A DNA stretch of 64,000 bases from Tubiluchus corallicola (Eukaryota > Animalia > Priapulida), in assembly GCA_030141605.1 (NCBI GenBank), contig JAQGDQ010000080.1:496001-560000 (forward strand). The letters run 5' to 3'. The notes below the pieces were generated by a model, which saw only the letters and a program-made list of their open reading frames with translations, made no database searches and was not told the DNA's origin. Shown here piece after piece: positions 26,701 to 40,187 of this stretch. Position 1 is the first letter of the stretch, and each line of letters starts with the position of its first letter. A program made the position numbers and the translations under genes.

Positions 26701-29700
26701 GATACAGCCCATTCAGATTACAACTTTAAAAAGGTTAGTCTAATTTCTCTTCTGAGACTAAATGAAGATTTGAAAATGATGATCTAATTGGTGAGCTATT
26801 ATACTGTATTGTCTTGACCACAAAGGGCTGTATGGCTTAGCGGTCTGTTGAACCTGTAAGCAGTAAACGAAGTTTTTGCCCCATGCTTATAACAGTTCAT
26901 ATTTCCTTTCTTTCGGTCGAAGTTGATTTCCAGACAAAAGAATTACTTTATCATAATCATTATTACAACATTTAAGTGTCACTGAGACGAGACACCATAA
27001 AGACTCGGTGCTGAAGTAAACTCTGAAATAAAAAAAAGATACAATACAACAAGAATAGCATGTTTCTTATACGCCTACACAATGATTATTTGAATGAGAT
27101 TTTGGCATAGCCTCTAATAATTGTGATTGCTACTATGGTTGCTGCAACTTAGAAATGTGTACAATACAATACGCTGTTAATAACACGATGACTGTGATTT
27201 ATTGTAGTTTACTGTGACACGTTACACCATTACGGTGCCACAAAACACTAAGTGAATCTTTTGCGCAGCAATAATATCGGGCGAAAGACTCACAGCAGAA
27301 CGAGTAATTTTTTGAAGAAGCTTCAAAGTCACCATGCAAGTTATGGTGACCTACTAACCACAGTCCCTTTCATCTGATCCGTCGTTACATTGAGGAAATC
27401 CATCGCAGATTTCTGTGTATGCTATACACTCTGAGTGACTGCCATAACAGTATATCTCACAGTCACCTGTAATCAAAATATTTAGGCTTTATTAATCACT
27501 TTTTAAAAAGGTATGAAGGAAATAACTAAACCATGAATTAGGTACTTATTGGTGTAATTGTGTCCATTTCCTAAATTATTCACACAGTGTGCAACTCGAC
27601 CAATATCCCACAGTTACGATTTGCAGTACGGCTGGCATCAAAATGCTATATTAAACGAAATTCAGTATACAATTATTATACATAATCTAGTGAAATTTCA
27701 GTAGACTCCGCATTTAGTAAAAAGGATGCTTTGTAGTTTATAGGTAAGTGAGTTACCAAATCGTGTGTTTAATTGTGAAAAACCAGTGATGGTTTTGTCG
27801 GTATGTCATTCGAATTAGTGCTTGTCATCAGACTGTTATTACGTCCTGCTACGGATATCTAGATTATTAATAGCGAAGTTAAAAAGGTACTGCGAAATAT
27901 CATGAAGAAGTATTCAAATTGATTTTTATACAGCCAGCACACTACAAACCATTTCTTATTGGTATTGATGGTTGTGGCAAAACCAGATCGTACTCATTAC
28001 AAAGTTAAATCTCTTACCATAAGACTTCAAAAAACATTAAACCGGTAAAGGTGACTCTACTTTGTCTATCTATCTATTGAGAAAAACCCCAAGATCAAAC
28101 AGCCCAAAACCTATTCATAGCAGCCATGCACGTATTTGCTAGCCAGGCATGGTGTTACCTAAATGTTGTCGAGTACGTGCTATGACGACCCATCTATTCC
28201 ACGCACCCTCAAAAGATAGATATTTATTCTGATGTATGGCCAACAGGACTGATCAAAGTTACAAATGCAAATACACAATTACAGCATATTATATGATACA
28301 CATGTGCAAATAAATTTTGTCAAAGCACATTAAACTATTCTATGTTGTGATTGCATAAGATATGTTAGTACAATATTATAACTTGCAACACTCAGGAGTA
28401 CATTAGGTTACAGCATTTAACAAAAATTACGTGCAACACTGTTTTCTCACAGTAAAATAAAAAACTGGTATTCATTCTCTACTACGCTATTTATTTCACC
28501 AAAACAATTTTCTGTTGGTAGACAGACCGACTTTCATGTCGCCCAATCTCTATTACAAGGTTATGAGCACTTGTTCTGAGTCAGAGCCATCCTATCTTTC
28601 CTATTTTTAACATTTACCATGTTTAGATTTTGCTAAGAACGATATTTTGCTCATATTGAATAAAGATTCCTTCCATGAGATCACAAAATTCGCTTTTAAT
28701 CTTGTATCAGTTAGAAAACTAGTACTGAACTACAAAGAGGCAATTTTATTGTTTAATAACTAAATTGCTATCCGATAGCAGTTTCTTAAGCGAATCATGC
28801 CACGGCAAATTTAAATTTGAAAGTTTCCTTAGACAATCTATTGTGCCTTTCCATAGGATTAATTTCATCACGGGAATTTTCTGGAATGAACACAGTGTGT
28901 GTATACTTTGGTTTTTAAAGAAATCATTGGTGCGTTAATGGTACACATGATCTTCAAGGTTGTTCTGTACGTACACTTTTCAGTGACCCTTCTCTAGCGA
29001 ATACTATCCGTATGCCACGCGTTTGATTAGCTTTACCTCAACGGGCTTCGAGAGTTAAGGCAAAAATACAATCAAGGTCAAGGTCAAGTGACCCTTCCCA
29101 ACTTGTAATACACGGGTAAAAAATTTTATTAGCTTGTAAGTATTTGGAGATACACATACGTAATGCAAGATACATATGTAATGCAAAACATTCGATTAAA
29201 GGTAACAGTCGCAATAAATCATACAACGGTGATTCTTCCCCTCTTTGTGTCAAATTTAAAGGGTTAGCCTTGTGGCTTCTCTGCATAGCTTCCAATGCAC
29301 TAACAAGCCAATCTCCAAGTTATAGTCAAGATTAAATACCTTAGTTAGTGGTTACTCCAATCACATACGTCAAACTTGAGTAACTTGACCCAAAACAAGT
29401 GTCACAAAATAACATTCGGATGGTGTACAGACGAACACAGGCATACTTGCACGAACGCACGAAGTCGTACGATACATGGATATACAGCGCGTCAACACGT
29501 CGTTTGGGTAAGTGCTAATTTTCGAAAAAGCAACACTAAAACCTATGTACACTGCAGGTTTTTAATGACGCGTAATAATATTATTATCGCACATAATAAT
29601 GATGAAATGGTGCGAAAACGCTGCCACCCCATTTTACAATGATGGTGTTAACCAAAAGCCGCGTTAGCACCACTTCAAATTTTCTTCCTTTTTAAACTAA

Positions 29701-32700
29701 AACGTCAGTAACGTAGCGGTAACATGTAGACACAATTTAATGTAGTCAATGTCCAGCAAACCATTAATGGCAAAAATTTATTTCATGAATTGCTTTCGAT
29801 TCACTTTCTTCTGACATAAACTGAATGTGTATGTCTTACTGAGAATTCATTACAAATCACTAAGCCAAAAAGGTTGTTTAATAAAATTTTTATATTGACA
29901 GACATCAAAGAGAAACTGTACTTGAATTTTTTTCCATACATGAACTAAGTTGACTTAATGGAATATGAATGATACTTGCCTGTTCGAGGAATTTCTTCTT
30001 TACCCTTTCTTGATGAGTCGTAGGTGAAACCACACACGTCGTTTTGCGTATTTTCCGGATTCTCGCACCTGCCTTCGTCCGGCTGTGTCTGACTCCAGAA
30101 AGTTCCTTCAGGACAGAATTGGATTTTTGGCCATCCGAATTCACACATGTAAAATACACCGCAGTCGCTTGGATCTGCTGCAAACGTGGCGTTGTTTCCT
30201 CCATATTCTGCTGGAGCACATTCTAGTTCTACCTCGAAGGGAACACCAAATCTCTTTTGACGATTCGCAGAAACTATAATAGGCAGGTTATGTGTAGATA
30301 TTATATACGCACACAGACAGGATAAACTATTGTTTATTTTAATATATGAACAGAAAAACTACACCAAATAATATAAATAATAATAAAAAACTACAACATT
30401 AGGCATGTATCAGCCGCACAGTCTTTCATTTATGAGGAACATATTCCACAGGGTAATGTTCCACCGGATGAAGTGACAACATAATTACTGAATGGTTGAA
30501 ATTAGGCTTACTGTGTTGTAGTTACTTTATCTTCTTTCCTGCAAATGGAATCTTAATCCACAAACTCCATATATATGTTATGGCAATGGTGTTGAGTAAC
30601 TTTCTGACTAACTGCTTTTGGAGCAAGGAAATAGTTGATATATGTGCGTGTCTATAAGTGTTAAGCAGTGAATGATCCAATAAGTAAATGAGTGGGCGAT
30701 TGCCAAAAATGCCTGTTGACTGTTTTATCTTCCATGCACCTGTGACAGTCTTATTAGCTGGGCAAAGTTAGTTCTTTGTAAGCTGGTACCTAGAACAAAT
30801 TGCAATAGAATTTTTCTCTTCGAATTCTGTTAGAATGTGGTCTCAAGCACCTTCGATAAAAAATCGGCCAAATCAGGCTTGGTACTTTAAAGACATATGC
30901 ATAAATACAAAATGGCGCCTGCCGAAACCGAAAATCATATCTCCTAATCAATCCATCCTGGACGAAAATTATATAGCACTGACTAAAATGGAAAGTGAAC
31001 ATGAGAAATCTGAATGTTGTCATTTTTAATTTGCGACGTCAATATGACGTATTATTTACGAGATAAAAGAGATTTTTGGCCTTGACAGACGCCATCTTGG
31101 TTGGATTTATACATATTTGCATCTTTGATGAGGGTACCTGAAATTACGTTCTAACATAATACGAAAAAAAATTCCATTGCAGTTTGTTCTGGGTTACTTG
31201 TTATCTTTACCCGCCAGTATCGAGGGAAATGCATTATATACATCCGAACGTGTCCAAGGCATCGTGAACCAGGTTAGTTTGGTTTCTTATGTTACAGAAT
31301 TATCCGTGGTAATGAGTTAAATTCTGCTTTCTTCTCAACTAAGTCCTGCCATTGAATTTTTAATTCTGGCTTGAATACAAAAATAGTCAGTGTGCGTAAG
31401 AATATGGTACCCAAAATCTCTTCTCTGGAGAACAGATAAACTGTTCCTTTACTCCAACTGTAAATATGGAAGTCTAATATGTGTAGCCAAAAATCTTTTC
31501 TGTGGTAAACATATAAACGGTTCCTTTATTTCATTAGTAAATATGTGAGCTAAGTATGGTGGCCAAAAATTTCTTCTCTGGTAAAAATACAAACTGTCTC
31601 TTTACTCTGTTAGTAAATAGTAATCATTCTGTTCTGCTAACTATCACAGACACTAAATTTTAAGTCAATTTATCAAAATTAGCAAAAAATCACGTTTGTG
31701 TGAGCATAAAGTACATATTATACAGTACACCAATTATAAATTGTTCTATTATTTTATCAAGCGAACGCTCTTTTTTGTTTATTATTAGAATGAAAGTCTA
31801 TTTAAAGTATAATTCTACTTTTTTCAATCGGATAATTAAAAATACTTGTAATTGAAAATGGCCGTTTTCTGTAAATAAAAATGATATAAAGATTTACGAT
31901 AACAGATAACTGAATAGGATTCATTATATTATGTGTGTCAGTTATTCACTCACAAGTGTTGCACTTATTTTTACATTCTCTCGTCTCCACTGAAGCGAAA
32001 TATACGCATAATAACTATAGCCATAATTTATAGTACAATTAGTTAGAAAGTATATTTTCAAGGCCACTACAGACATTTAATTAATGGAAAAAATCATAAT
32101 TTAGAAAATAATACTCTTCAAAACAGTGGTGTGATTTTTTTCAGCTTTTCAAACAAAGAGTAATTTGTTCGACATAATCTCGGAATACTCTATTTAAATT
32201 AGGTTAACTCAATATGTATATAAGAGTTTGTTTCGCTGGTCTATCCTCTAAGTTATCTCAAAGCTTTGTATTTCTGTTGGCTCTGTCAACAATGTAACAG
32301 ACTATCGAAAGTAAAGCTATTCTAGTGAAAGCTTAAATTCACCAAACTTGTCAACCTATTATAGGCCAATGTTTGGTATACAATGCAAATGAGGCACACT
32401 TTTTATCTTTATTAGGGTACGTATATATGTAGACCATATTCATCACGGGCAAGAAGCGGTGGTTGGTGCTCCGCTGCTATTTTTTAGTTTTTAATTCAAT
32501 GCCAGTATAATTTAAAATGTTATTAATATTTTTGCTACGCTATTAAAGATAAATTTAGTATCATTTCAATAAGTAGGCTTACTGCTTATATGCCCAAGTA
32601 TGTATATGCACATTAAAATGATTAAGCAATATAAAAATACGCAAGGAACTGAACACAAGGTGTCATTGAAGGGTTGTTCGCGGGGATGGGAATCTCTTAG

Positions 32701-33433
32701 GGATGTCAGCTAAGGAAACCCCATGGGGCGAGTGTTGGTGTCGCATAAGGACAGGGATTAAATGTCACAAAAAATCACGAAAATTTACAATGTCAGCACT
32801 TGCAATAAAGGAGAAAGACAGTGATATTCTGTTGTGATAGTTCTAATATTTATAAAACATTGTTACAAGCAGAAGTGGAGCAGACTTTTGCTAGTCTTTC
32901 GGAGGATTATATGTTTAATGTGGTTCAGCAAATAGATTAGATTAATATAATCTCAAAACTCCATTCACGGCAATGCTAAACATCATGACAAAAATCATTA
33001 GAATCGAAATGTTGTGAAGTTGAAAGACACTTCACCCTAAAAGTACAAGTTATGCTAAGTGCTATGAGGGGAAACAGGTATTCTTTCAACAGTTGTTGTC
33101 CCTCGTTTTGGTTTTCTTGCGTATCATAAGTTTTGTCTATGCAGATACAGATCGAACTGAGCGAAATCGGTTGGAATTTTCTTCCGGAACTGCGTAATCA
33201 AATTGACAGCTTCATTTTATTAATCATTTGCTCTTAGTGACTTAATATCGATTAGTAACAATAGCATTAAAAACAGTTTTGTTTCATAACCCGCGCACAT
33301 ACAAAAAAATTTGCACTTAGCTGCAGTTGGTTGAGTTTTGACATCTACTCAGTTTTAGTGATTAATAAAAAAACAAAAAGTACTTACCTATGCACAGTAT
33401 GACATTAAATATAAAAACTAAAAAGAAATGCAT
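23739..33433 (-). CDS. Secreted chitin deacetylase-like protein (signal peptide-CBM14-LDLa-CE4/NodB domain), about 525 aa, 6 exons
   Basis: Exons: 33433-33388 (MHFFLVFIFNVILCI), 30273-29980 (RQKR furin-type site and 6-Cys peritrophin-A domain), 27466-27359 (LDLa, ICDGFPQCNDGSDERDC), 26510-26353 (CRLPDCHCS..IPQLVLMTFEG), 26042-25882 (KNPNGCRIGATFF) and 24549-23739 (GMRAPYLQMGGN, PPLWPYTLDY, WEVPM, NRAPF, DVWFVT). All phases are consistent. Two introns use GC donors. Confidence 0.9.
24830..25079. mobile_element. Foldback/hairpin MITE with ~95-bp near-perfect inverted arms
   Basis: GTTTGGGCGTATAACTAGGTGCTTGGGAC...AAAACTGG and its reverse complement CCAGTTTTTG...CCTAGTTATACGCCCAAAC around a ~55-nt spacer. 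Confidence 0.85.
28820..29340 (-). mobile_element. Degenerate CR1/L2-like LINE 3' fragment
   Basis: Minus-strand LEAMQRS resembles LExVQRRA; otherwise heavily decayed. Confidence 0.4.
30785..31197. mobile_element. MITE with ~30-bp imperfect TIRs
   Basis: GTACCTAGAACAAATTGCAATAGAATTTT ... AAAATTCCATTGCAGTTTGTTCTGGGTTAC. Confidence 0.7.
31402..31620. repeat. Diverged minisatellite, about 76 bp x3
   Basis: Units ATGGT..CCAAAA.T.TCTTCTCTGG..AA.A.A.AAAC.GTTCCTTTA.T....GTAAATA. Confidence 0.8.
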
Positions 33434-36204
33434 ATTTTTGTATTTTATCACAGATTTTTATCTTGTCAATTGTTTCATTTCACCGATACCTTAAGCTCGC
33501 CATGTACACTGACATTGCCAGCTTATTTATACATCGCCCGTGAAAAAGAGAAATTGCTGCCATTGGTTGGCTTTACGCCAATTTTCCAACTATTTCCGAC
33601 CCACTTAGAAAACCCCAGGCCGTAAAATAATGAGCGTAGTACAGAGCTCCCTTATTAACCGCCCATTATTTCATTCTTAGATCCTACAGAAAGGGAAAGC
33701 ATGACCGCCAGTATAATACCAAATGCGCGCGCAACTCTGATAACCTATATCTCACGCTCTCTTGTTCTCCTCCTTGTTGATGAAGTGGAAATCATGTGAG
33801 AGATTCTTCAGTGGGAAATTAATTGGCAAAAGAGATGATTACAACTCACGTTTAGATGCAGAAGTAGCACAAGAAGACTATAAAGCAAGCTTTCAATCTG
33901 GGTTACGTTTTTTACAGCCGGTTACAAACATACTAATGTCTCTATTGTTATAAACTTGTAATGCCCAATTGATCATTAATTGCACCGGCTTGTTCCCAGT
34001 ACCCCTAATGATTGTTTTTTTTAAAAAAATTGAAAATAAAGTTAGCATAAATCGTATGTGAACCGTATAGATATTTATCACTATGTAATACTATATTTTT
34101 GACGTTAGCCGATATCTTGATCAGCGATTTATACCACCTTTGATTGATATGATTAGTTGTGAAAGTGAAATAATTTAAATAATCTATAAATCTATGTATA
34201 TCTACTACTATGTATATATGTATAATACTATGAACAGTGAAAAATGTAGGCATTATTCATATCAATCAGTCTGCAATAAGCCGCGCACTACTTCGGAAAA
34301 CCAGGGGGCTTGGTCGGTTGTGTTTTCAGTGGTTGGATTTTCAATTTTTTTGTAAAATTTTAAGTTCTTACTGATGTAAATAAAAATGTATCACTAAAAT
34401 TAACAATCTATTTCAGTTGTGCTTGAACATCGAACATCGCAGTGTATTAAATTGAGTTGCTTTCGATAGCCATACCAAATATTACTACCTACAAGGATGT
34501 AAAGCCAGGCACTCTGAGAGACGGAAAACGTCAGACCTAAAACCACTGTAATGGCTCTTCAATATTCTGGTGATAAGAGTACGCGTTATGAAATTGTTCA
34601 TCGCGAAAATGACATGACAACAGAAACCTTCTTTCGTAGAGTATCTACAATGTCCCAGTGTTTATGAATAAAACGATCAATTTGAAATGTAATATTTTTT
34701 AATTCTAGTATGGCGCCTGCAATAAATATTTACAACTACAGCGATAACAACGTACTTACGTGTTTTTCATTTATGAATCAGCCATGAATTTTGAAATTTT
34801 ATGTACCTTAATTGGTGAATTTATAATTATAAAAAATTTATAGAGCGTTTGGGCACAATCTCACAATCATCATTATCTTTATTATTTCAGCTCACATCAC
34901 GTCTAGGACAGTATAAGTAGAGTTCGAAAAAATGTCGACTTTATTATTAGCGACCCTGGTCGATAGGTAATATGCACGGGAGGAAATCTTGTCGCCAATT
35001 GTGACATCCGCATATAGACTTAATGGAGACAATTTCGCGAAGGTCTTGCTCTTGACCTACAAGACACACAATGTCAAATAAATGACCGCTCAAAAACCTC
35101 TTGAATTTCACAATTTAAAGCTAACAACAATTGCAAATATTTATATGTGCAAACCAATAAATAAATTAAAAGAAACCCAAAATACAGAATTTGCTATTCT
35201 TTCCGTATACTCAGAATGCTTAAACCGGAAAATCTTCTGCAAAACGTTTAAAGAAGGACAGTTCAGCGATAAATGATTCGTAATTTAGAACAGTCGTAGT
35301 TTGATATTTTCAAATTGACGACTCATTGTGATAACATATATCTGTAAGTTAGAATAGTTTTAAACGCTAATTCACGAATTTAGGTATAGTGTGTTTTATC
35401 TAAAAATTACAGTTTCGAGTTTTGAACAAAATAGTCCACGGCTAGATGAACTTAGTTCATAAGTTATCAGTAAACGTAAATTATAGTCGTACATTCATAT
35501 GTGCAGTTCTGAAAGAGTTGATGAATACACATTATACATGTAACCTTGAGCCTGTAGTATTACAGTTGTACGATTGTACCATTGCTACTGTGAACAAGCC
35601 TTATAGCGCTCAAATAATTGCTTTGATAACTCATATCTTCACACACTAGTGGAGTTAACATGACTAATAGAATAACACAATTAACTTTCTGATGTTGACA
35701 ACTAATTACGAGTGCTCGTTATTTCCAAACAGCTCGCAGAACATTGTCCAAGCCATTGTAGTAATCGGATTTAATTTTTGTACCAATGTCAGAACTACAA
35801 TTATTTGTGCATAAATTTGGAGCCATGAACTTAGCTGGCGTGATGAATTGCTCCATATATAGTATTTTCCTTCTCATCTTTTTTCAATTAAACTTTTATT
35901 TATTTACCTTACGATCATCTGAAAAGCATTGTAAGATTAGTAATACGTTTATTTAACGTTAACGATATTTAAAAGCATATGTTTATGATTCCATCATTCG
36001 CATTTCTAGCTACCCGTTTCTTAACTATTTAAACTTTTATATCATTATTTCAGTCACTAACACAGAATAGAATAGTTGGTTTAGCTGGGAAATACTTCTT
36101 ATTAAATATAAGCTTAACTTAATTAACGCCTGTGAGCGCAGTTATAGCGTTAGTGTCAATAATAATGTTGGGTGCAATTGTCCAATGGCGGAAATCTACC
36201 GAAT

Positions 36205-36982
36205 TAAGGTAAAACGGCACAGGTAAAAATGGCACCGGAAAAAATAGCACGGTAAAAATCGCACGCAAGTGAAACTAAAAGGCACTCAGTAGGAGTCAGA
36301 CCTCCGCCCAAGCCAAACAAGCCTAGACGTGTTTGTCTGATTTTTTTTATAGGAAAAAACATACAACAAAAATAACACAAACGTAAAAAATGTACTTATA
36401 TAAATAATTAATTATTATATAGACTAGCGAAATAATCCACAAAAATACGTTGTTCATAAAACAGAATGAACAATACACGAATATCCTACTTAGTATTTGT
36501 CTTCAGTTCTTTGATCATGGTAACATTGATATTATGTACTGGCAGATTTACATACGGGGTTAGCTTATAAACTATACATAAGCAATGGATATAGATAGCT
36601 TTCAGGCGAGAATACCCCGAAATGGAACCTGCAACTAACTCATAGTTATTCGTTCTGGTGGAGGTATTTATAATCTGATCCTATCTTATAGCCAAGTTCC
36701 TGTTATCAAACAAAGTAACAAATTAACGGCGACGAAGTTACGGTGATGATAATCGTAACGCACGAACCGTACTATTTGTGTAATCCTGATAACTAGCACG
36801 CAATCAAACAAACAAACAGCATCGAAAATATAACTTCCTTGGTAGAGGTAAAAAAATTAAAATAGTTGTCCCTAACAGTAACCCTACCCTAACTCATATT
36901 TTATTAAGTGTACAACAGTTCCTTTTTTCCATCTGTATCCTTTTTTCTGTGCATTTTTACCCGTGCCATTTTTATTGTGCAC
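36205..36982. mobile_element. Foldback-like element with (AAAAATGGCAC.GG)n arms containing a Helentron-associated (HINE/DINE-like) insert at about 36273-36851
   Basis: Left arm GGCACAGGTAAAAATGGCACCGG; right arm CCGTGCCATTTTT. The insert starts AACTAAAAGGCACTCAGTAG..ACCTCCGCCCAAG and ends (CAAA)n...ATAACTTCCTTGGTAGAGGTAA (asymmetric subterminal inverted repeats). Confidence 0.6.
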
Positions 36983-39258
36983 CAAAGAGACAATATACGC
37001 CTTTTAGTCATCTAAAAGATACGATGGTGCTAGTGTGCTGCTGTAAGGCAAAGTCGTTAAAAAGCAAAAACTCGGCAATTTTAAACTTAGACAGGATGAT
37101 TTTAAAGTAAGACAGGATAATTTTCCATATACTACCCCATTTTAAAGTCCCGTAAAAAGTATACATTTTAACACAATTCATACTGCAAAAGCGTTTCTGA
37201 TAACTAAATAATAGACTAAAACTTAATTAACGGCGGGCGAGCCCAATTACTGATGACATCACAAACAAACATAATTTTCAACAGCAAAAATATTTCACGA
37301 GCGTGTTGCATGTGTTTGCGAAAGCGAAAATTGAAGTACAGTGCTACTGTAAGATATTCAGTATCTTGGCAAGTTTTAAGATGAAAATTCAAATTTCAAA
37401 TTTATCGCGAGCTGTCGAACGTGTGCAGTTCATCACAAACTAACACTTCTGAACTGAGATGTACAGCACCTGTTTTGTGCAATGCGTTACCGAAATGCAG
37501 ATGCTAGTGCCAGCCTAACTAGCGAATGGCGAAATGTATGTAACGGCGAAGAACTAGTGGCGCGAAATTGTGTTTGTGTGGCAATAATTCTTGCACGTAA
37601 GTCATTTTTGAAAAAAATAGTATGTTTTCTATGTTTCCTTTCAACACTTTTGATCTACAGTTTAAGATTTGGTCCGGTTTTGCTTTAAAATTTCCAGTAT
37701 AAAGCTGACCAGGGGCTAATGCCTTATTTCGCTAGGCTGTTCTGACATTATGGTTAGTTAAAAGTTACCTATAATTCTGCAGATCCGCCACAGTATTTCT
37801 CAACACTTTTTCGAATAGTATAGGTACTATAGTACACAATGCTCATCTAAACATGTATAAGTAAAAGTGTGAAATAATGCAAACTATTAAGCCAATTTAT
37901 GAGATTGTAACTGTTTAACATAATCTGAGTAAAAGTAAGTGTATTTGCTAACATAAAACAATAGTAACAGCAAAAAACAAAACTCGACTGAAGTCACGAG
38001 GGAAAACTGCAAATGGGAAATTTCAAGTTTCGGTCCTTAACAACCTATAGCCTGCTTCCCCCGATAAGACTCAGCCAGATAAGCAAGCTGTCATACCTAC
38101 TAATAAACCAAATTCTCCTACTGTCACAAAACTAAACTAATACTGAAAAATGCGGAGAAAACTAATATTGAAAACACAACTGTCAATCATAACATGAAAT
38201 AACTTACAACCTACACACACGCATATATGCACATACAAACCCGTCACGAATCACGCATTTTACTATATTTTTGTTTGTGTTTGTGTTTGCAGTTCCTTTA
38301 ATAGTGCATGATATTCAGTGCTTCTTAGCTTCAGTGTAAATTTTAGCATTTGTATAGCATTTTTATGTACTGAAATAAACTTTAAATAAATAAAAATAAA
38401 ACAAAGCAGTACCTACAAAAATAACAAATTAACGATTTTCAGTGGTACATTAGAACTGTACAAAAATATTGAATAAAAGTCACAGCACCAGGTGTCAGTT
38501 GAAAATATAAAATATAATAAAGATTTATAAGTCTACAGTCTCTGACAATTTCTGCTTTGCATTGTTGCAGAAACTTTGCTCCTTCTTTTAGTAAAAATCT
38601 GAAAAACTGGCCAGCAAGTGCCCCCAGCCCTATTTTTTTCTTAAATATTACTACTTAAAATGTGAACATTATCACAGAGAAATTAAAGGCTAACAACCCG
38701 TTGAGGCAACACCCCCAATGCCCATCTACACCATCTTCATAATCATTGCAGCTTCTGGAAACGACGAGACTATAGAAGGGTTTTTTGAGATAATCGAGTC
38801 GAAAAAAGATTTTGAAATAAGCACAGACTTAGTACCACGTTTAGGACTAGTACTTTTTTCGTTTAAATGCAACTCTTTTTCGTGTGTATTTTCGCAAAGA
38901 CATATGATTGCGAAGTAAATTTTATCCAGCAAGCAATTTGAGGATATCGCCTAGTTGAGCAACTGTAAAAGATCGTTAGGAGCGCAAACGTACTAATTAT
39001 TAATTATCACATTTATCATATTTAGTTAAATTCTTTCTGCTCTAAGCACTATCGGTGTGCGTCGACTAGCGACAAAATTAGTGCCTCTGCCACTTGTCCC
39101 GTACTTTGCTTACAACTTCCTTGTATGACAGGATATCCGTTATCCTTCGAATTTATAACAACAGTATATGTAATTTGTACTACTACCATATTGCTGTCGC
39201 GCATAGTAACAATTTGTGTTTAATACGTTTCTGTAAAATCACACTTATTGCTATAAAA

Positions 39259-40187
39259 ATGAATCGACAAGCAAAAATTGAAGCGCTTCAATTGGAAATT
39301 GAGCAATTAAAACGAGAAGTTCATATTCCAAGAATGCAAGTTTCTCAAGCCGTCGCAGAGTGAGTATGTTTATAGTGTGTCAATGTTTAGCCTTTAGAGC
39401 TCCAACTCGGACGCAGCATCTGTTAGCTACAGCAGAACTTTGGTTGCAGTTTCGCATAGATAGTCGCCAAAACATTCATGTCTGGACGATCGGAGTACCT
39501 GTTGTTTCAAATAAAAGCATATAAAAGAATAAAGAATTCCTCTTTTTCTATTTTATGTGCATAATTGCAGTAGTTCTATTTCTACCTAATCAACGAAGCT
39601 TTTATTTTGGTTAATTCCTCACCTACATAAATTAATGTCACAACAGATGCACAATGGCAAAGCTATACCTTGCCCGAATCTATTATTATAATAAGTGATA
39701 TGGATAAGTTGTCCTTGGAATGGCATTCTGTTTTTGTTCTCAGTTTCAAATATAAACTTTAAAGTGAGTCCACTTTAATTTTGCTAAAGCTGACAAAATA
39801 AAAACGCCAACACTCCGTGAAATGAAAAGTTATTTTGACTCAGTAGAAAATCGTAATGAAGTCTATGAGTAGTTCACTGCTGTTGACTGACGAGTAGCGT
39901 GCGAGATTTTTTTGAGACGGTTTGCTCAGATAATTGTAAATATTACTCAGTATTTTCCTTCTGAATAGACAGTTTACTGTTGCAAGTCACTGTTTCCTGG
40001 AAGATTTCCATTAAAATAGGATGTCAAATGTATTATTTTTATCACTTGCAGCTTAATTAAATACTGTGAAGAAAATGCGCACGATGATTGGTTGCTGGGA
40101 TTCGGTTCTAATGCTGACAACCCAATCAAGCCAAGACCAATAAAAGTTTTTGATCGTTTTCATATACCAACGTGCAACATCTTATGA
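39259..40187 (+). CDS. Heterotrimeric G-protein gamma subunit (78 aa, 2 exons)
   Basis: Exons 39259-39359 and 40052-40187 (phase 2) give MNRQAKIEALQLEIEQLKREVHIPRMQVSQAVADLIKYCEENAHDDWLLGFGSNADNPIKPRPIKVFDRFHIPTCNIL. It has the GGL pattern EQLKRE..I.R..VS.A..DL..YC and a C-terminal CaaX (CNIL). Confidence 0.93.

Noticed and set aside
29905-30219. 104-aa minus-strand ORF MLQQNMEE...
   Set aside because: Wrong frame; the overlapping frame encodes the 6-Cys CBM14 domain and fits the splice phases.
31402-31620. Repeat-spacer (CRISPR-like) interpretation of tandem arrays here and at 2031-2110 and 52522-52625
   Set aside because: Whole units are repeated with no unique spacers; eukaryotic intronic context with no cas genes.
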